Origin: Acidimicrobiales bacterium
GTDB taxonomy: Bacteria; Actinomycetota; Acidimicrobiia; Acidimicrobiales; JAVJTC01
Assembly (NCBI GenBank): GCA_040219085.1
Contig: JAVJTC010000043.1
Location: 4,481-68,480, forward strand
DNA: 64,000 bases
Reading direction: 5' to 3'
The first letter of the stretch is position 1. Each line of letters opens with the position of its first letter. The translations under genes were made by a program, and so were the position numbers. Shown here piece by piece: positions 34,644 to 45,213 of this stretch. The notes under the pieces are model-generated. The model did no database searches and was not told the origin of the DNA. It worked only from the letters and a program-made list of their open reading frames with translations.

Positions 34644-35507
34644 GTGGCGATGGACCGGGATCGGACTCACGTGCGCGTCCACGGCGACCCAGGTGTCGAG
34701 CACCCGGTCGTCGTGATCGCCTTCGAGGGCTGGAACGACGCAGGCGACGCCGCCACCTCCGCCCTGCGACACCTCGAGGAGCTCTGGCACGGCGAGGCCT
34801 TCGCGACCATCGACCCCGAGGAGTTCCACGACTTCAACGTCACGCGGCCCTCGGTGGAGTTCGGACCCGACGGCCGTCGTAGGATCGTCTGGCCGACGTC
34901 GACGTTCTCGGTATGTCGCAGCGCCCCTGTCGAGATCGTGACCCTTTCGGGGATCGAACCACAGATGCGGTGGCGCAGGTTCGCAGAGGAGATCGTCGGG
35001 ACCGTCCGTTCTCTCGACGCCTCGATGGTCCTCACCCTCGGCGCACTGCTCGCCGACGTGCCTCACAGCCGTCCCGTCGTGATCTACGGCGCGAGCGAGG
35101 ACCCGGACGTGCGGGAACGACTCGACATGCAGGCGTCCACCTATCAGGGTCCGACCGGCATCGTCGGTGTTCTGCACGCCGCGCTGCGCGACGCCGGCAT
35201 CGCCTCGGCATCGCTGTGGGCGGCTGTACCCACCTACGTACCCGGCGCCACCTCGCCGAAGGCCGCGCTCGCGCTCGTCGAGCGGATCGGGCGGCTCCTC
35301 GAAGTCGACGTCACGACCCGGGACCTGCTCGAAGAGACGCGGGAGTACGACGCCGAGGTCAGCGCTCTGGTGGCGGAGGACGACGAGACGGCCGACTTCG
35401 TGGCCGAACTCGAGCGCCGCTACGACGCCGGCGACCACGTCGAGATGGACGATCCCGGCCGACTCGTCGAAGAGGTGGAGCGGTTCCTGCGCGACATGCG
35501 CGAATAG
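34644..35507 (+). CDS. PAC2 (proteasome assembly chaperone 2-like) family protein
   Basis: 287 aa containing HPVVVIAFEGWNDAGDAATSALRHLEELW and YQGPTGIVGVLHAAL; typical actinobacterial PAC2 protein. Confidence 0.8.
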   Translation: MAMDRDRTHVRVHGDPGVEHPVVVIAFEGWNDAGDAATSALRHLEELWHGEAFATIDPEEFHDFNVTRPSVEFGPDGRRRIVWPTSTFSVCRSAPVEIVTLSGIEPQMRWRRFAEEIVGTVRSLDASMVLTLGALLADVPHSRPVVIYGASEDPDVRERLDMQASTYQGPTGIVGVLHAALRDAGIASASLWAAVPTYVPGATSPKAALALVERIGRLLEVDVTTRDLLEETREYDAEVSALVAEDDETADFVAELERRYDAGDHVEMDDPGRLVEEVERFLRDMRE

Positions 35508-35522
35508 GCCACGCCCGACCGC

Positions 35523-36341
35523 TCAGAACAACTCGAGCTCCAGGAAGCTGACGACCCTGTCGAGCACAGCGGCGCCGCCGACCTCGTTGAAGATCTCGTG
35601 GCGCATGCCCGGCAGTTCCAGTCGGTCGACGAACGGGCTCTGCTCGAGAACCCGCGTGGAGGCCGCCGGCACGATCTCGTCGTCGGCGCCGTGGAGCACC
35701 AGGAGGGGGCGTCGAAGGTGGTCGAGTCGACTCCGGACCTCGTCCATGGCAGCGAGGACCTCCGCACCGAAACGCGGAGTTGCACCGGACCGGATGAGTG
35801 GATCCTGCTCGTAGGCGCGGACCACCTCCGGGTCATGGGACAGCATCGAAGCGTCGAAGGCGGTGGGCAGGAACAACCGGGGTGCCACGAGATCCGCGAG
35901 CGGCGTGATCGCCGTCTCCCAGACGGGACGACCGTGACCCAGCGCCGGACCGCTGAGGACATAGGCACCAGGCTGGGGGCGGTCCGACACCGCATGACAC
36001 AGCGTGATGAGACCGCCCAGCGAGTGCCCGATGACCGCCGTCGGGAGACCGAGCCCGACGACAGCGGCGAGATGATCGGCGACGTCGTCGACATACTCCC
36101 CGAAACGTTCCACATGAGTGCGCGCCCCCGACGAACGACCGTGCCCACGGTGGTCGAAGGCCACGACGTGGAAAGCGTCAGCGTTGAGCCTGCGGGCGAC
36201 GTGATCGTAGCGGCCGCTGTGCTCGGACATCCCGTGGACGATCAGCACCGCACCGCGTGCCGTCGTGTCGGCCTCCCAGCGACGCCGGAGCTGGGTCAGA
36301 CCGTCACGCGTGGTCCCGAAGTCGATGATCGGGTCGCTCAC
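35523..36341 (-). CDS. Alpha/beta hydrolase (monoacylglycerol lipase / lysophospholipase-like)
   Basis: 272 aa from GTG 36341, in a GTGA overlap with the Nudix stop. Contains VLIVHGMSEHSGRY, GHSLGG and LVLHGADDEIVP. Confidence 0.85.
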   Translation of the reverse strand: MSDPIIDFGTTRDGLTQLRRRWEADTTARGAVLIVHGMSEHSGRYDHVARRLNADAFHVVAFDHRGHGRSSGARTHVERFGEYVDDVADHLAAVVGLGLPTAVIGHSLGGLITLCHAVSDRPQPGAYVLSGPALGHGRPVWETAITPLADLVAPRLFLPTAFDASMLSHDPEVVRAYEQDPLIRSGATPRFGAEVLAAMDEVRSRLDHLRRPLLVLHGADDEIVPAASTRVLEQSPFVDRLELPGMRHEIFNEVGGAAVLDRVVSFLELELF

Positions 36342-37045
36342 GACACTGACCCGGCATCTCCCCGCCAGGTCGGGTCCCGCGGCGGATCGAACCGGGTGGC
36401 CATGGGCTCCCCGCGGATCGCGGCGAAGGCGTGATCGACCCAGTTGTCGGCACCGGTCAGAGGTGACGGCAGCGCGTCCCGCGCGAAGAAGCCCACCTCG
36501 GTGCACTCGAGAGGGTGGGCGCGCAACTCGCCGCCGATCGCGCGGCAGTGGAAGATCACCGAGTAGAGGGGAATACGCGTGAAACCCAGGCGCATGCCGT
36601 CGAGCAGTGAGATGAGCCGCACCGGCTCGCAGTGGATGCCCGTCTCCTCGAACACCTCCTTGACGGCGACCTCCGATGCGGAATAGCCGATGTCGGCCCA
36701 ACCGGTCGGGTAGAGCCAGACGCCGGAGTCGGCACGCTGAACGAGCAGCAGCTCCCCGGCGTCGTTGCCGACGACGGCTCCCACCGTCACCTTCGGCGTC
36801 GCATAGCCCGCCACACCCTCGCCGATCCCGTCGACCCACTCCTCGACCCAGTCGGCGTTGTCGGAGTCGTCGGTCACAGACGCCCGGATGTCCGCGGCGA
36901 TGTGGAGGATCTCCTCGAAGCGCTCCCGCTCGTAGAGGCTGTCGGTGAACCCGAGGCCCGTACGGGCGACGCCCGCGAGCGCCTCGCTCCAACGGAGCAG
37001 ATCGGCCTCGTGCGCGCGATCGACGCGCTCCTCTCCGCCGGTCAT
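36338..37045 (-). CDS. NUDIX hydrolase with N-terminal helical domain
   Basis: 235 aa from internal Met, in an ATGA overlap with the glnD stop. Nudix box is GWADIGYSASEVAVKEVFEETGI. Confidence 0.85.
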   Translation of the reverse strand: MTGGEERVDRAHEADLLRWSEALAGVARTGLGFTDSLYERERFEEILHIAADIRASVTDDSDNADWVEEWVDGIGEGVAGYATPKVTVGAVVGNDAGELLLVQRADSGVWLYPTGWADIGYSASEVAVKEVFEETGIHCEPVRLISLLDGMRLGFTRIPLYSVIFHCRAIGGELRAHPLECTEVGFFARDALPSPLTGADNWVDHAFAAIRGEPMATRFDPPRDPTWRGDAGSVS

Positions 37046-39300
37046 CGGACCACCACCGGGGGCGGGATGGCGTGGCGTACCGAGCGCCGGACCTCTTCGA
37101 GGAACTCCGGGTCGACGATCTTCTCGCCGTTCCCGTCGCGGACATAGAAACTGTCGACCACGTGATCGCCGAGAGTCTGGACCTTGGTGCGACTGACGTC
37201 GAGACCCAGCGCGGCGAGCGCCGCCGTCACCCTGTAGAGAAGACCGATGGAGTCGGCCGCGCCGAGCTCGACGACCGTCGCCACCGAGGACGATTCGTTG
37301 TCGAACTTCACGTAGGTCTCGACGACCGGCTGGGGCGCGGGCGGATCGGCGGCCTGGCGGTAGGTCACCAACCGGTCCGCGAGTCGGGCCTCCAGCGCGA
37401 GCCGTCCGGCGAGGGCCTGTTCCACGTCGGCGACGACCGTCCTCCAGTCGATCGTCCCGAACGATGATGTGACCTCGAACCGCTCGACCGCCATGTCGAA
37501 CTCGGAGTGTCCGGCGGCCTGGAGAACATCGAGTCCGTTGAGCGCGAGCGCGCCCGCGACACGACTGAGAATCCCGGGGCTGTCCGGCGTGATGACGGTG
37601 AGGGTGTCCCCGCTGCCATCGACGCTGCTGAGACCGGCCTCCATGGCTGCGAGGTGCTCCGCCGTCGGGAACGTCGACTCGAGCTCTGCCACAGCACCGC
37701 CCGCGATGAGGTGCTCGGCGCGCCGGACGAGGTCCTCCACCAGTGAGGCCTTCCACGAGCTCCACGCCGCGGGGCCGGTGGCGATCGAGTCGGCCTCTGT
37801 CAGTGCGTGGAGAAGGCGGAGGGTGCCGACGTCCCCGACCTTGACGGCCACCGCCGAGATCGTCTCGTCGTCTTCGATGTCACGGCGGGTGGCGACGTCG
37901 GGCAGCAACAGGTGGAACTCGACGAGTGCGGTCAGAGTGGCGACCTCGGCCTCGTCGAACCCCATGCGCCGACCGATGGTGGTGACGAGGTCGATCCCGA
38001 CCTCTGTGTGGTCACCCGGGTAGCCCTTGCCGATGTCGTGGAGGAGCGCGCCGACGAGGAGGAGGTCCCGCCGCTCGACGCGGTCGACCAGTCCGGCGGC
38101 GAGCGCAGCCGTCTCCATCAGGTGCCGGTCGACGGTGAAGGTGTGGTATGCGTTGCGCTGGGGGCGCGAACGGTTGGGCTCCCACTCCGGAAGGATCCCG
38201 ACGAACAGACCGGTCTGATCCAGTGTCTCGATGACGTCGATGGCGTCATGGCCCGTGGCCAGCAGTCGCACGAAGAGACTCCGGGCCTCCGCCGGCCACG
38301 GATCGGGCAGTGGCACCGTCTCGAGGCACAGCGCCTCGAGTGTCCCGCGATCGATCCGCGCGCTGTTCTCCGCCGCCACGGCGGCGACCCTCAGCACCGT
38401 CAGCGGGTCCGTGAGATCGGCAGAGTGGGCCAGGCGGATGGTCTCGCCGTCGAGGAGGACCCCTTCGGCGACCTCCCTACCGTCCCCGAGCCGCGACGAC
38501 AGGTTCCACCAACGCGCACCGGTCGAGTTACGCACACGCGCCCAGGTCTCACCACCGAACCAGGCGATGGACCGGCCGGCCGCGGCCACCCGGGCCATCA
38601 ACTCGTCGGCATCACCGATCCCGAGCGCCGCGGCGACCTCGTCCTGGGTGTCGAGGCGCAAGGTGTCGCCGATCCGACCGGTGACCCGGTGCAGCTCCAC
38701 CCTCGTGGCGGTGAGGATCTCCGACGCGTCGCGGATGACACCGTCGTCGGGTTCGACGAGGTCGGGGTCGGCCACGGCGGCCCACTGCATGGCATGGACG
38801 TCACGCAGGCCGCCGAAGGACTGCTTCAGATCGGGCTCGAGGAGGAAGGCGACCTCGCCGTGGCGTTCGCGCCGCTCTCCCGAGGCCTCGGCGAGTCGGG
38901 GTAGCCAACGCTTGGCGCTGCGCCGCCACTGATTGCGGGCGCCTTCGCGCAACCGGGCCGAGACGGTGTCGTCGCCGGCGATGTGGCGCAGGTGCAACAG
39001 CGACGTCGCCGTGTCGAGATCGGTCTTCGCGAGCGTGAGGCCCTCGCGGATGGTGCGGACGGCGTGACCGAGCTTGATGCCCTCGTCCCAGATCGGGTAC
39101 CAGAGCTTCTCGGCGACCTCGGCGATGTCGTCACGGTCCTCGCAGATCAACAACAGGTCGAGGTCGCTCTGGGGGCTGAGGATGTTGCGTCCGTATCCAC
39201 CCACCGCAACCAGGGCGAGGCCGTCGGTATTGCCCACCGCGTCGTTGAAGACCGCCTCGAGCCACTCGTCGACCCGGCGGCTGTAGGCGCGGCAGAACAC
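37042..39300 (-). CDS. glnD: [Protein-PII] uridylyl/adenylyl-transferase GlnD (N-terminus probably longer)
   Basis: 752 aa. NTase motif AVGGYGRNILSPQSDLDLLLI, HD domain LLHDIGKG, and two C-terminal ACT domains. The first canonical start is GTG 39300, but the frame is open 36 codons further upstream. Confidence 0.88.
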   Translation of the reverse strand: MFCRAYSRRVDEWLEAVFNDAVGNTDGLALVAVGGYGRNILSPQSDLDLLLICEDRDDIAEVAEKLWYPIWDEGIKLGHAVRTIREGLTLAKTDLDTATSLLHLRHIAGDDTVSARLREGARNQWRRSAKRWLPRLAEASGERRERHGEVAFLLEPDLKQSFGGLRDVHAMQWAAVADPDLVEPDDGVIRDASEILTATRVELHRVTGRIGDTLRLDTQDEVAAALGIGDADELMARVAAAGRSIAWFGGETWARVRNSTGARWWNLSSRLGDGREVAEGVLLDGETIRLAHSADLTDPLTVLRVAAVAAENSARIDRGTLEALCLETVPLPDPWPAEARSLFVRLLATGHDAIDVIETLDQTGLFVGILPEWEPNRSRPQRNAYHTFTVDRHLMETAALAAGLVDRVERRDLLLVGALLHDIGKGYPGDHTEVGIDLVTTIGRRMGFDEAEVATLTALVEFHLLLPDVATRRDIEDDETISAVAVKVGDVGTLRLLHALTEADSIATGPAAWSSWKASLVEDLVRRAEHLIAGGAVAELESTFPTAEHLAAMEAGLSSVDGSGDTLTVITPDSPGILSRVAGALALNGLDVLQAAGHSEFDMAVERFEVTSSFGTIDWRTVVADVEQALAGRLALEARLADRLVTYRQAADPPAPQPVVETYVKFDNESSSVATVVELGAADSIGLLYRVTAALAALGLDVSRTKVQTLGDHVVDSFYVRDGNGEKIVDPEFLEEVRRSVRHAIPPPVVVR

Positions 39301-39408
39301 CGTGCCGACGAGCGAGCGGTCGGCGAACAGTTGCTGGCGGTCGAGTGTGGCGGGGATGTCGTTAAACCTAACGTCAGTCGGCCTGGAGGTGGGACTCGAC
39401 GAGGACGG

Positions 39409-39894
39409 TCACGTCCGGCCCGACGGGCCGTGTCGACGAAGATGAAGGTGCGCCTTGGCGGCGCCCCACGAGATCCCCGGCCCGACCAGGGACTCGTCGA
39501 CATCGGCGAAGTGCGCGGGGGCGATGGCGTAGACGTCGGCGGGGAGGTTGGCGGCATCGACCGGGTCCCTCGGGACATGGACCACGCCCGCCCCGGCGAG
39601 GACCGCCGTGGCGTGTCGGGATGCCCGGCGCAGAATCGCGAGCGGTGTCGTGGCCTGCTCGTCCACGTCGAGGCCGGCGAGCGCCCGGAGTTCGCGACCG
39701 ACCTCGACCGCGGCGGCGGCACCCGCCTCACGTGCCGCGACGATCAGGTCGGGCGGAGGCGGCCCGGGGTGGCGGCGCATGACGCAACCGACGATCCAGT
39801 CGGCGACGACGGCCTCGGCTGCAGCGGCGAGTTCCTCGCCGATGCGGGCGAAGGTCTCGGCGCCCGTCGGGTCCGGCGGCGAAGCGCCACTCAC
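39409..39894 (-). CDS. Hypothetical protein
   Basis: 161 aa from GTG 39894, in a GTGA overlap with the larE stop: VSGASPPDPTGAETFARIGEELAAAAEAVVADWIVGCV... No recognisable motif. Confidence 0.5.
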   Translation of the reverse strand: MSGASPPDPTGAETFARIGEELAAAAEAVVADWIVGCVMRRHPGPPPPDLIVAAREAGAAAAVEVGRELRALAGLDVDEQATTPLAILRRASRHATAVLAGAGVVHVPRDPVDAANLPADVYAIAPAHFADVDESLVGPGISWGAAKAHLHLRRHGPSGRT

Positions 39895-40712
39895 GGGTTG
39901 AGATTGCCGGACCGCAACCCCTCGAGGTCCAGCGTGACGTAGCCGAAGCCCGCTCCCCGTACAGCCTCCACCACGTCGCCGCGGCGCGCGACGACGCCAC
40001 CGAGACGGTCGAGGGGGACCTCGATGCGCGCCGTGTCGCCGTAGTCGCGCACACGCAACGACTCGAAGCCGAGTGCGCGCAGGGCCGCTTCGGCCGATTC
40101 GACGCGCCCGAGCCGCTCGATGGTCACCGGGGTCCCGTAGGGGAGGCGTGAGGCGAGACACGCTGCCGCCGGGCGGTCCCACGTCGACAGTCCGAGCTCC
40201 CGGGACGTCGCGCGGACCATTTCCTTGGTGAACCCCGCGAGCACGAGCGGGAACTGCGCGCCTCGTGCGGCGGCCGCACTCTGGCCGGGCCGGTGATCGC
40301 CGAGATCGTCGAGGTTGACCCCGAGGGTCACGGTGGTTTCCGGCCCGGCGAGGGGGGCGACGGCGTCCATCAGCGCGTCCTTGCAGTGGGCGCAGCGGTC
40401 GAGGTCGTTGCGTCGGTAGGCCGCCTCGAGCATCTCGTGGGTCTCGACCTCCACCCACGACAGACCCCACGCCGATGCGAGCCGGGCGCAGTGGTCACGT
40501 TCGTCGGCGGGCAGCGACGGGGAGACCGCCGTGACCGCCGTCGCCCGATCGGGTCCGAGCACGTCATGGGCCACGTAGGCGAGCAATGCCGAGTCGGCAC
40601 CACCGCTGAACCCGACGATCACCGAGCCGAGGTCGGCGAGGAGCTCCCGCAGCGACGCGAGGGCCGGCGCCACGCTACGGCCGTCGAGGTCAACCGATCC
40701 CGAGACGGTCAC
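39891..40712 (-). CDS. larE: PP-loop ATP-pyrophosphatase, LarE-like sulfur transferase family
   Basis: 273 aa. Contains VGFSGGADSALLA (SGGxDS PP-loop), CAHCK, and the C-terminal part typical of TIGR00268/LarE proteins. Confidence 0.75.
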   Translation of the reverse strand: MTVSGSVDLDGRSVAPALASLRELLADLGSVIVGFSGGADSALLAYVAHDVLGPDRATAVTAVSPSLPADERDHCARLASAWGLSWVEVETHEMLEAAYRRNDLDRCAHCKDALMDAVAPLAGPETTVTLGVNLDDLGDHRPGQSAAAARGAQFPLVLAGFTKEMVRATSRELGLSTWDRPAAACLASRLPYGTPVTIERLGRVESAEAALRALGFESLRVRDYGDTARIEVPLDRLGGVVARRGDVVEAVRGAGFGYVTLDLEGLRSGNLNP

Positions 40713-41373
40713 AGATCTCCCCGAGAGTCGCCACCATGCCGGTGTAGAAGGGACCGAACTCCGCGTAGACAGCGGACGCCTCGTCGTAGCGCATCGTGTA
40801 CACGACCTCCTTGAGGTCGTCGGGTCGCACGCAGAACAGCGTCACGCCCCATTCGAAGTCGTCGATCCCCGTGGAGCCGGTGATGACCTGCAGCACCCGC
40901 CCTGAGAACTTCCGGCCGGACGCTCCGTGCTCGTACATCATGTCCCGACGGCGTTCGAAGTCTTCGGTGTACCAGTTCTGCCCGACGTCACGCCGCTTCG
41001 ACATCGGGTAGAAGCACCACGCGGGTTTGTCGGCCGGCGGCAGCTGAGGGTACAGACGGGCCTGGCGCATCTCCTCGGGAACCCCCGCGGCGTACTCGGA
41101 GATCTCGGTGAGCGAGACGTAGCTGTCGACGAGGTCGAGTCCCGCGGCGACGAGCGCACTCTGGAGGTCCCGCAGGACCCACAGGTCCTCGGCGAGCGCC
41201 ATGACCGCGAGGTCGGCCTTGTGGCCGAGAACCGCCACCGCTATCACCTGGGCACCGGCCTCCTCGGCGGCACCGAACGCCGCCTCGATCTCCGCGCGGT
41301 CGCTGAGGGGACCGACCTTCCAGAACAGATGGACGACGCCGAGTCCGACGGAGGGGGTCACAGGTTCGGTCAC
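40690..41373 (-). CDS. hemQ: Coproheme decarboxylase HemQ/ChdC (chlorite dismutase family)
   Basis: 227 aa containing WCFYPMSKRRDVGQNWY and MMYEHGASGRKFSGRVLQVITGSTGIDDFEWGVTLF. Confidence 0.9.
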   Translation of the reverse strand: MTEPVTPSVGLGVVHLFWKVGPLSDRAEIEAAFGAAEEAGAQVIAVAVLGHKADLAVMALAEDLWVLRDLQSALVAAGLDLVDSYVSLTEISEYAAGVPEEMRQARLYPQLPPADKPAWCFYPMSKRRDVGQNWYTEDFERRRDMMYEHGASGRKFSGRVLQVITGSTGIDDFEWGVTLFCVRPDDLKEVVYTMRYDEASAVYAEFGPFYTGMVATLGEICDRLGIG

Positions 41374-41433
41374 GGGCCGCAGTCTACGGCCGCCCGACGT
41401 GGCCGACCCGGGCGCGCCGCGACCCCGGGCGGC

Positions 41434-42228
41434 TCAACCGGGAGCGGGCGAGTACACCGTGACCCTGTCGCCCCGGGCGAAGGCCGCCAGCTGCAGGCCC
41501 GCGACGCGCGCCGTCTCGACCGCCAGGGCGGTCGGTGCACTCACGGCGACGACCGCCCCGAAGCCCGCCGCCCACGCCTTCTGCACCATCTCGAAGCTGG
41601 CCCGGCCCGAGACGCACAACCCGAGCGACGTCGCGGGAAGAGCACGCTCCAACAGAAGGTGACCGACCACTTTGTCGACGGCGTTGTGGCGTCCGACGTC
41701 CTCGCGCACCACCACGATCTCGCCGGCGGCGTCGAAGGCCGCCGCGCCGTGCAGGGCGCCCGTCACATCGAAGAGCTTCTGATACGGACGCAGGCGCTCT
41801 GGCATGGCCGCGAGGAGATCGGCGGCGAACCGTGGGGGATCCACCAGCGGACTGAGGCGGTCGCAGAGCGCCTCGATCGCCTCGGCGCCGCACAGGCCGC
41901 AAGCCGAGGTGGTGGTTCCCAACCTCGGGCGGGGTTCGGGGGCCCGCCCACCCGTCTCGACCGAGACGACGTTGAAAAGGGTGTCGACCGCGGAGCCCGT
42001 CGCGCAGTACCGGATCCGCTCCACCGGTGCGCCGCCGAGGACGCCCTCCGCGTGACAGAACCCGACGGCCAGATCGAAGTCGTCACCGGGGGTGCGCATC
42101 GTGGTCGCGATGTCGACCCCGTCGAGGCGGATCGTCATCGGTTCCTCGACGATCAACTCCACCGGCGTGCGCGCCGCGCCCGCGGCGTCGTGGCTCTGCG
42201 CGAAGACCGACGTGGTACGGGCCCGCAT
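41434..42228 (-). CDS. fdhD: Formate dehydrogenase accessory sulfurtransferase FdhD
   Basis: 264 aa containing EDVGRHNAVDKVVG, TSACGLCG and SGRASFEMVQKA. Confidence 0.9.
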   Translation of the reverse strand: MRARTTSVFAQSHDAAGAARTPVELIVEEPMTIRLDGVDIATTMRTPGDDFDLAVGFCHAEGVLGGAPVERIRYCATGSAVDTLFNVVSVETGGRAPEPRPRLGTTTSACGLCGAEAIEALCDRLSPLVDPPRFAADLLAAMPERLRPYQKLFDVTGALHGAAAFDAAGEIVVVREDVGRHNAVDKVVGHLLLERALPATSLGLCVSGRASFEMVQKAWAAGFGAVVAVSAPTALAVETARVAGLQLAAFARGDRVTVYSPAPG

Positions 42229-42229
42229 G

Positions 42230-42700
42230 TCAGGCCCGTTCCAGCTCTGCGTCGAGGTGGCGCGTGAGTGGACGCCCCATCGCCGCCATGTCGACGGAGT
42301 AGGTCAGCCGGTCGCCGTCGACCCGGAAGACCCGCTCGAGTCGTTCCACGGGCTTCGCGGTCGATGTCAGGCCGATCGCCGTCGTGACGAACCGGATCTC
42401 CGCGCCGTCGATACGCCCGTCCTCGACGGTCGTGACGCCGGTCGGGTGGGCCAGGACCACCTCGAGGCGCCCGGCGCCGACGCAGCGCCAGTAGCCGGTT
42501 TCGGAATGGCGGGGAGTGCCGTCGAGGGCGTCGCGGGTCCGCTGGGTGTAGGTGAGGAACGGTTTCCCGACGTGACCGAAGGTCACGACCTCGAGGTAGG
42601 AGAACGGTGCGATGGTCGGATAGTCGCCCCGGCCCCGACCACGCCATGTCCCGAGAAGCATCGCGAGGGGTTCACATTGCGGATGCAGGACGTCGGACAT
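42230..42700 (-). CDS. Nitrobindin-like (FABP/THAP4-type) heme-binding beta-barrel protein
   Basis: 156 aa from Met 14: MSDVLHPQCEPLAMLLGTWRGRGRGDYPTIAPFSYLEVVTFGHVGKPFLTY...ETGYWR; UPF0678/DUF1794 pattern. Confidence 0.8.
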   Translation of the reverse strand: MSDVLHPQCEPLAMLLGTWRGRGRGDYPTIAPFSYLEVVTFGHVGKPFLTYTQRTRDALDGTPRHSETGYWRCVGAGRLEVVLAHPTGVTTVEDGRIDGAEIRFVTTAIGLTSTAKPVERLERVFRVDGDRLTYSVDMAAMGRPLTRHLDAELERA

Positions 42701-42730
42701 GCGACCAGCATGGCTTCCCGGGAGATGGTT

Positions 42731-42772
42731 GAAAACCACGAAGCGGGTGGCACCGGTCCGGTGCCACCCGCT
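42731..42772 (-). terminator. Intrinsic terminator downstream of groEL
   Basis: Minus strand AGCGGGUGGCACCGG-A-CCGGUGCCACCCGCU (15-bp arms) followed by UCGUGGUUUUC. Confidence 0.75.
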
Positions 42773-42823
42773 CGCAGGTTCAGAACCGTGGCACCGGGAG
42801 GCGCTGCGGCTGTCGACTTCGGA

Positions 42824-44461
<1,638 letters not shown>

Positions 44462-44488
44462 CTAGCACTCTCGATGTGAGACTGCTAG
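44462..44488. promoter_or_regulatory. CIRCE operator (HrcA binding site) upstream of groEL
   Basis: CTAGCACTC-N9-GACTGCTAG, one mismatch to the inverted repeat TTAGCACTC-N9-GAGTGCTAA. Lies 22-48 nt upstream of the groEL ATG. Confidence 0.8.
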
Positions 44489-44567
44489 ATCGTACGTCCG
44501 CGAGGGCCCCGGACACAACCCCCGGACCGGGCCTATCGACCCGACGCGTCGGCACCGCAGCGGCTGA

Positions 44568-44843
44568 TCAGCCCCCGGCGACCGCCGGGATGATCGACAA
44601 CGTCTCCCCGTCCGGGACGGCGGTGCCCATTCCATCCATGAAACGCACGTCATCATCGGCGACGAACACGTTCACGAAGCGGCGCAGATTGCCGTCGTCG
44701 TCGAGGATCCGATCTCGGAAACCCGGGTGTGCGTCGTCGAGGTTCGCGAGCACGGCACCAACCGTGTCGCCTTCGACCGCGACCTCGGCGGCGCCGCCGG
44801 TCAACGTGCGCAGGGTGGTGGGGACTCGAACGGTGACACTCAT
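44568..44843 (-). CDS. MoaD/ThiS/CysO-family ubiquitin-like sulfur carrier protein
   Basis: 91 aa from Met 13: MSVTVRVPTTLRTLTGGAAEVAVEGDTVGAVLANLDDAHPGFRDRILDD...TLSIIPAVAGG; C-terminal Gly-Gly. Confidence 0.8.
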   Translation of the reverse strand: MSVTVRVPTTLRTLTGGAAEVAVEGDTVGAVLANLDDAHPGFRDRILDDDGNLRRFVNVFVADDDVRFMDGMGTAVPDGETLSIIPAVAGG

Positions 44844-44940
44844 GGTCTCAAGGCTAACGGGCACCATCACCCCCGGCACCGCCGCTCGCTGGTATCACAA
44901 CGGGTGGGATTTTCTGTTCAAGCAACCGCTGAGAGTGCCG

Positions 44941-45201
44941 ATGTTGGGACCACGGCGGAAATCGGAGGTAGTGGTCATCGCCGACGCAACAGAGTCGATG
45001 TCGTCAGTTTCCGATACTCCCCCCGAGGAGCGCCTCGTCGAGCTCGTGAGCGAACTCACCGGCCTACCCGGGCCCAGCGTCGCGGCCGCGGCGCCCCAAC
45101 TCCGCCGTCGACCCCCCACCGATCCCGATCGTGCCCTGGGTGCCGTGGCCGAGGCCCTCGTGGCGCTTCGTCACCGACCGCCCACCACGTTGTCGGCGTG
45201 A
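44941..45201 (+). CDS. Hypothetical small protein (weak call)
   Basis: 86-aa tail of ORF 44476..45201 from ATG 44941 (alternative ATG 44998). Moderate GC3, no motif, no clear Shine-Dalgarno. Confidence 0.25.
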   Translation: MLGPRRKSEVVVIADATESMSSVSDTPPEERLVELVSELTGLPGPSVAAAAPQLRRRPPTDPDRALGAVAEALVALRHRPPTTLSA

Positions 45202-45213
45202 GCGGACCCACTC

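Noticed and set aside
39409-39894. Reading the 161-aa hypothetical ORF and glnD as one gene via TGA read-through
   Set aside because: The fusion would give about 950 aa, longer than known GlnD proteins, and a shared frame has a 1-in-3 chance expectation. It is kept only as a remote option in the glnD finding.
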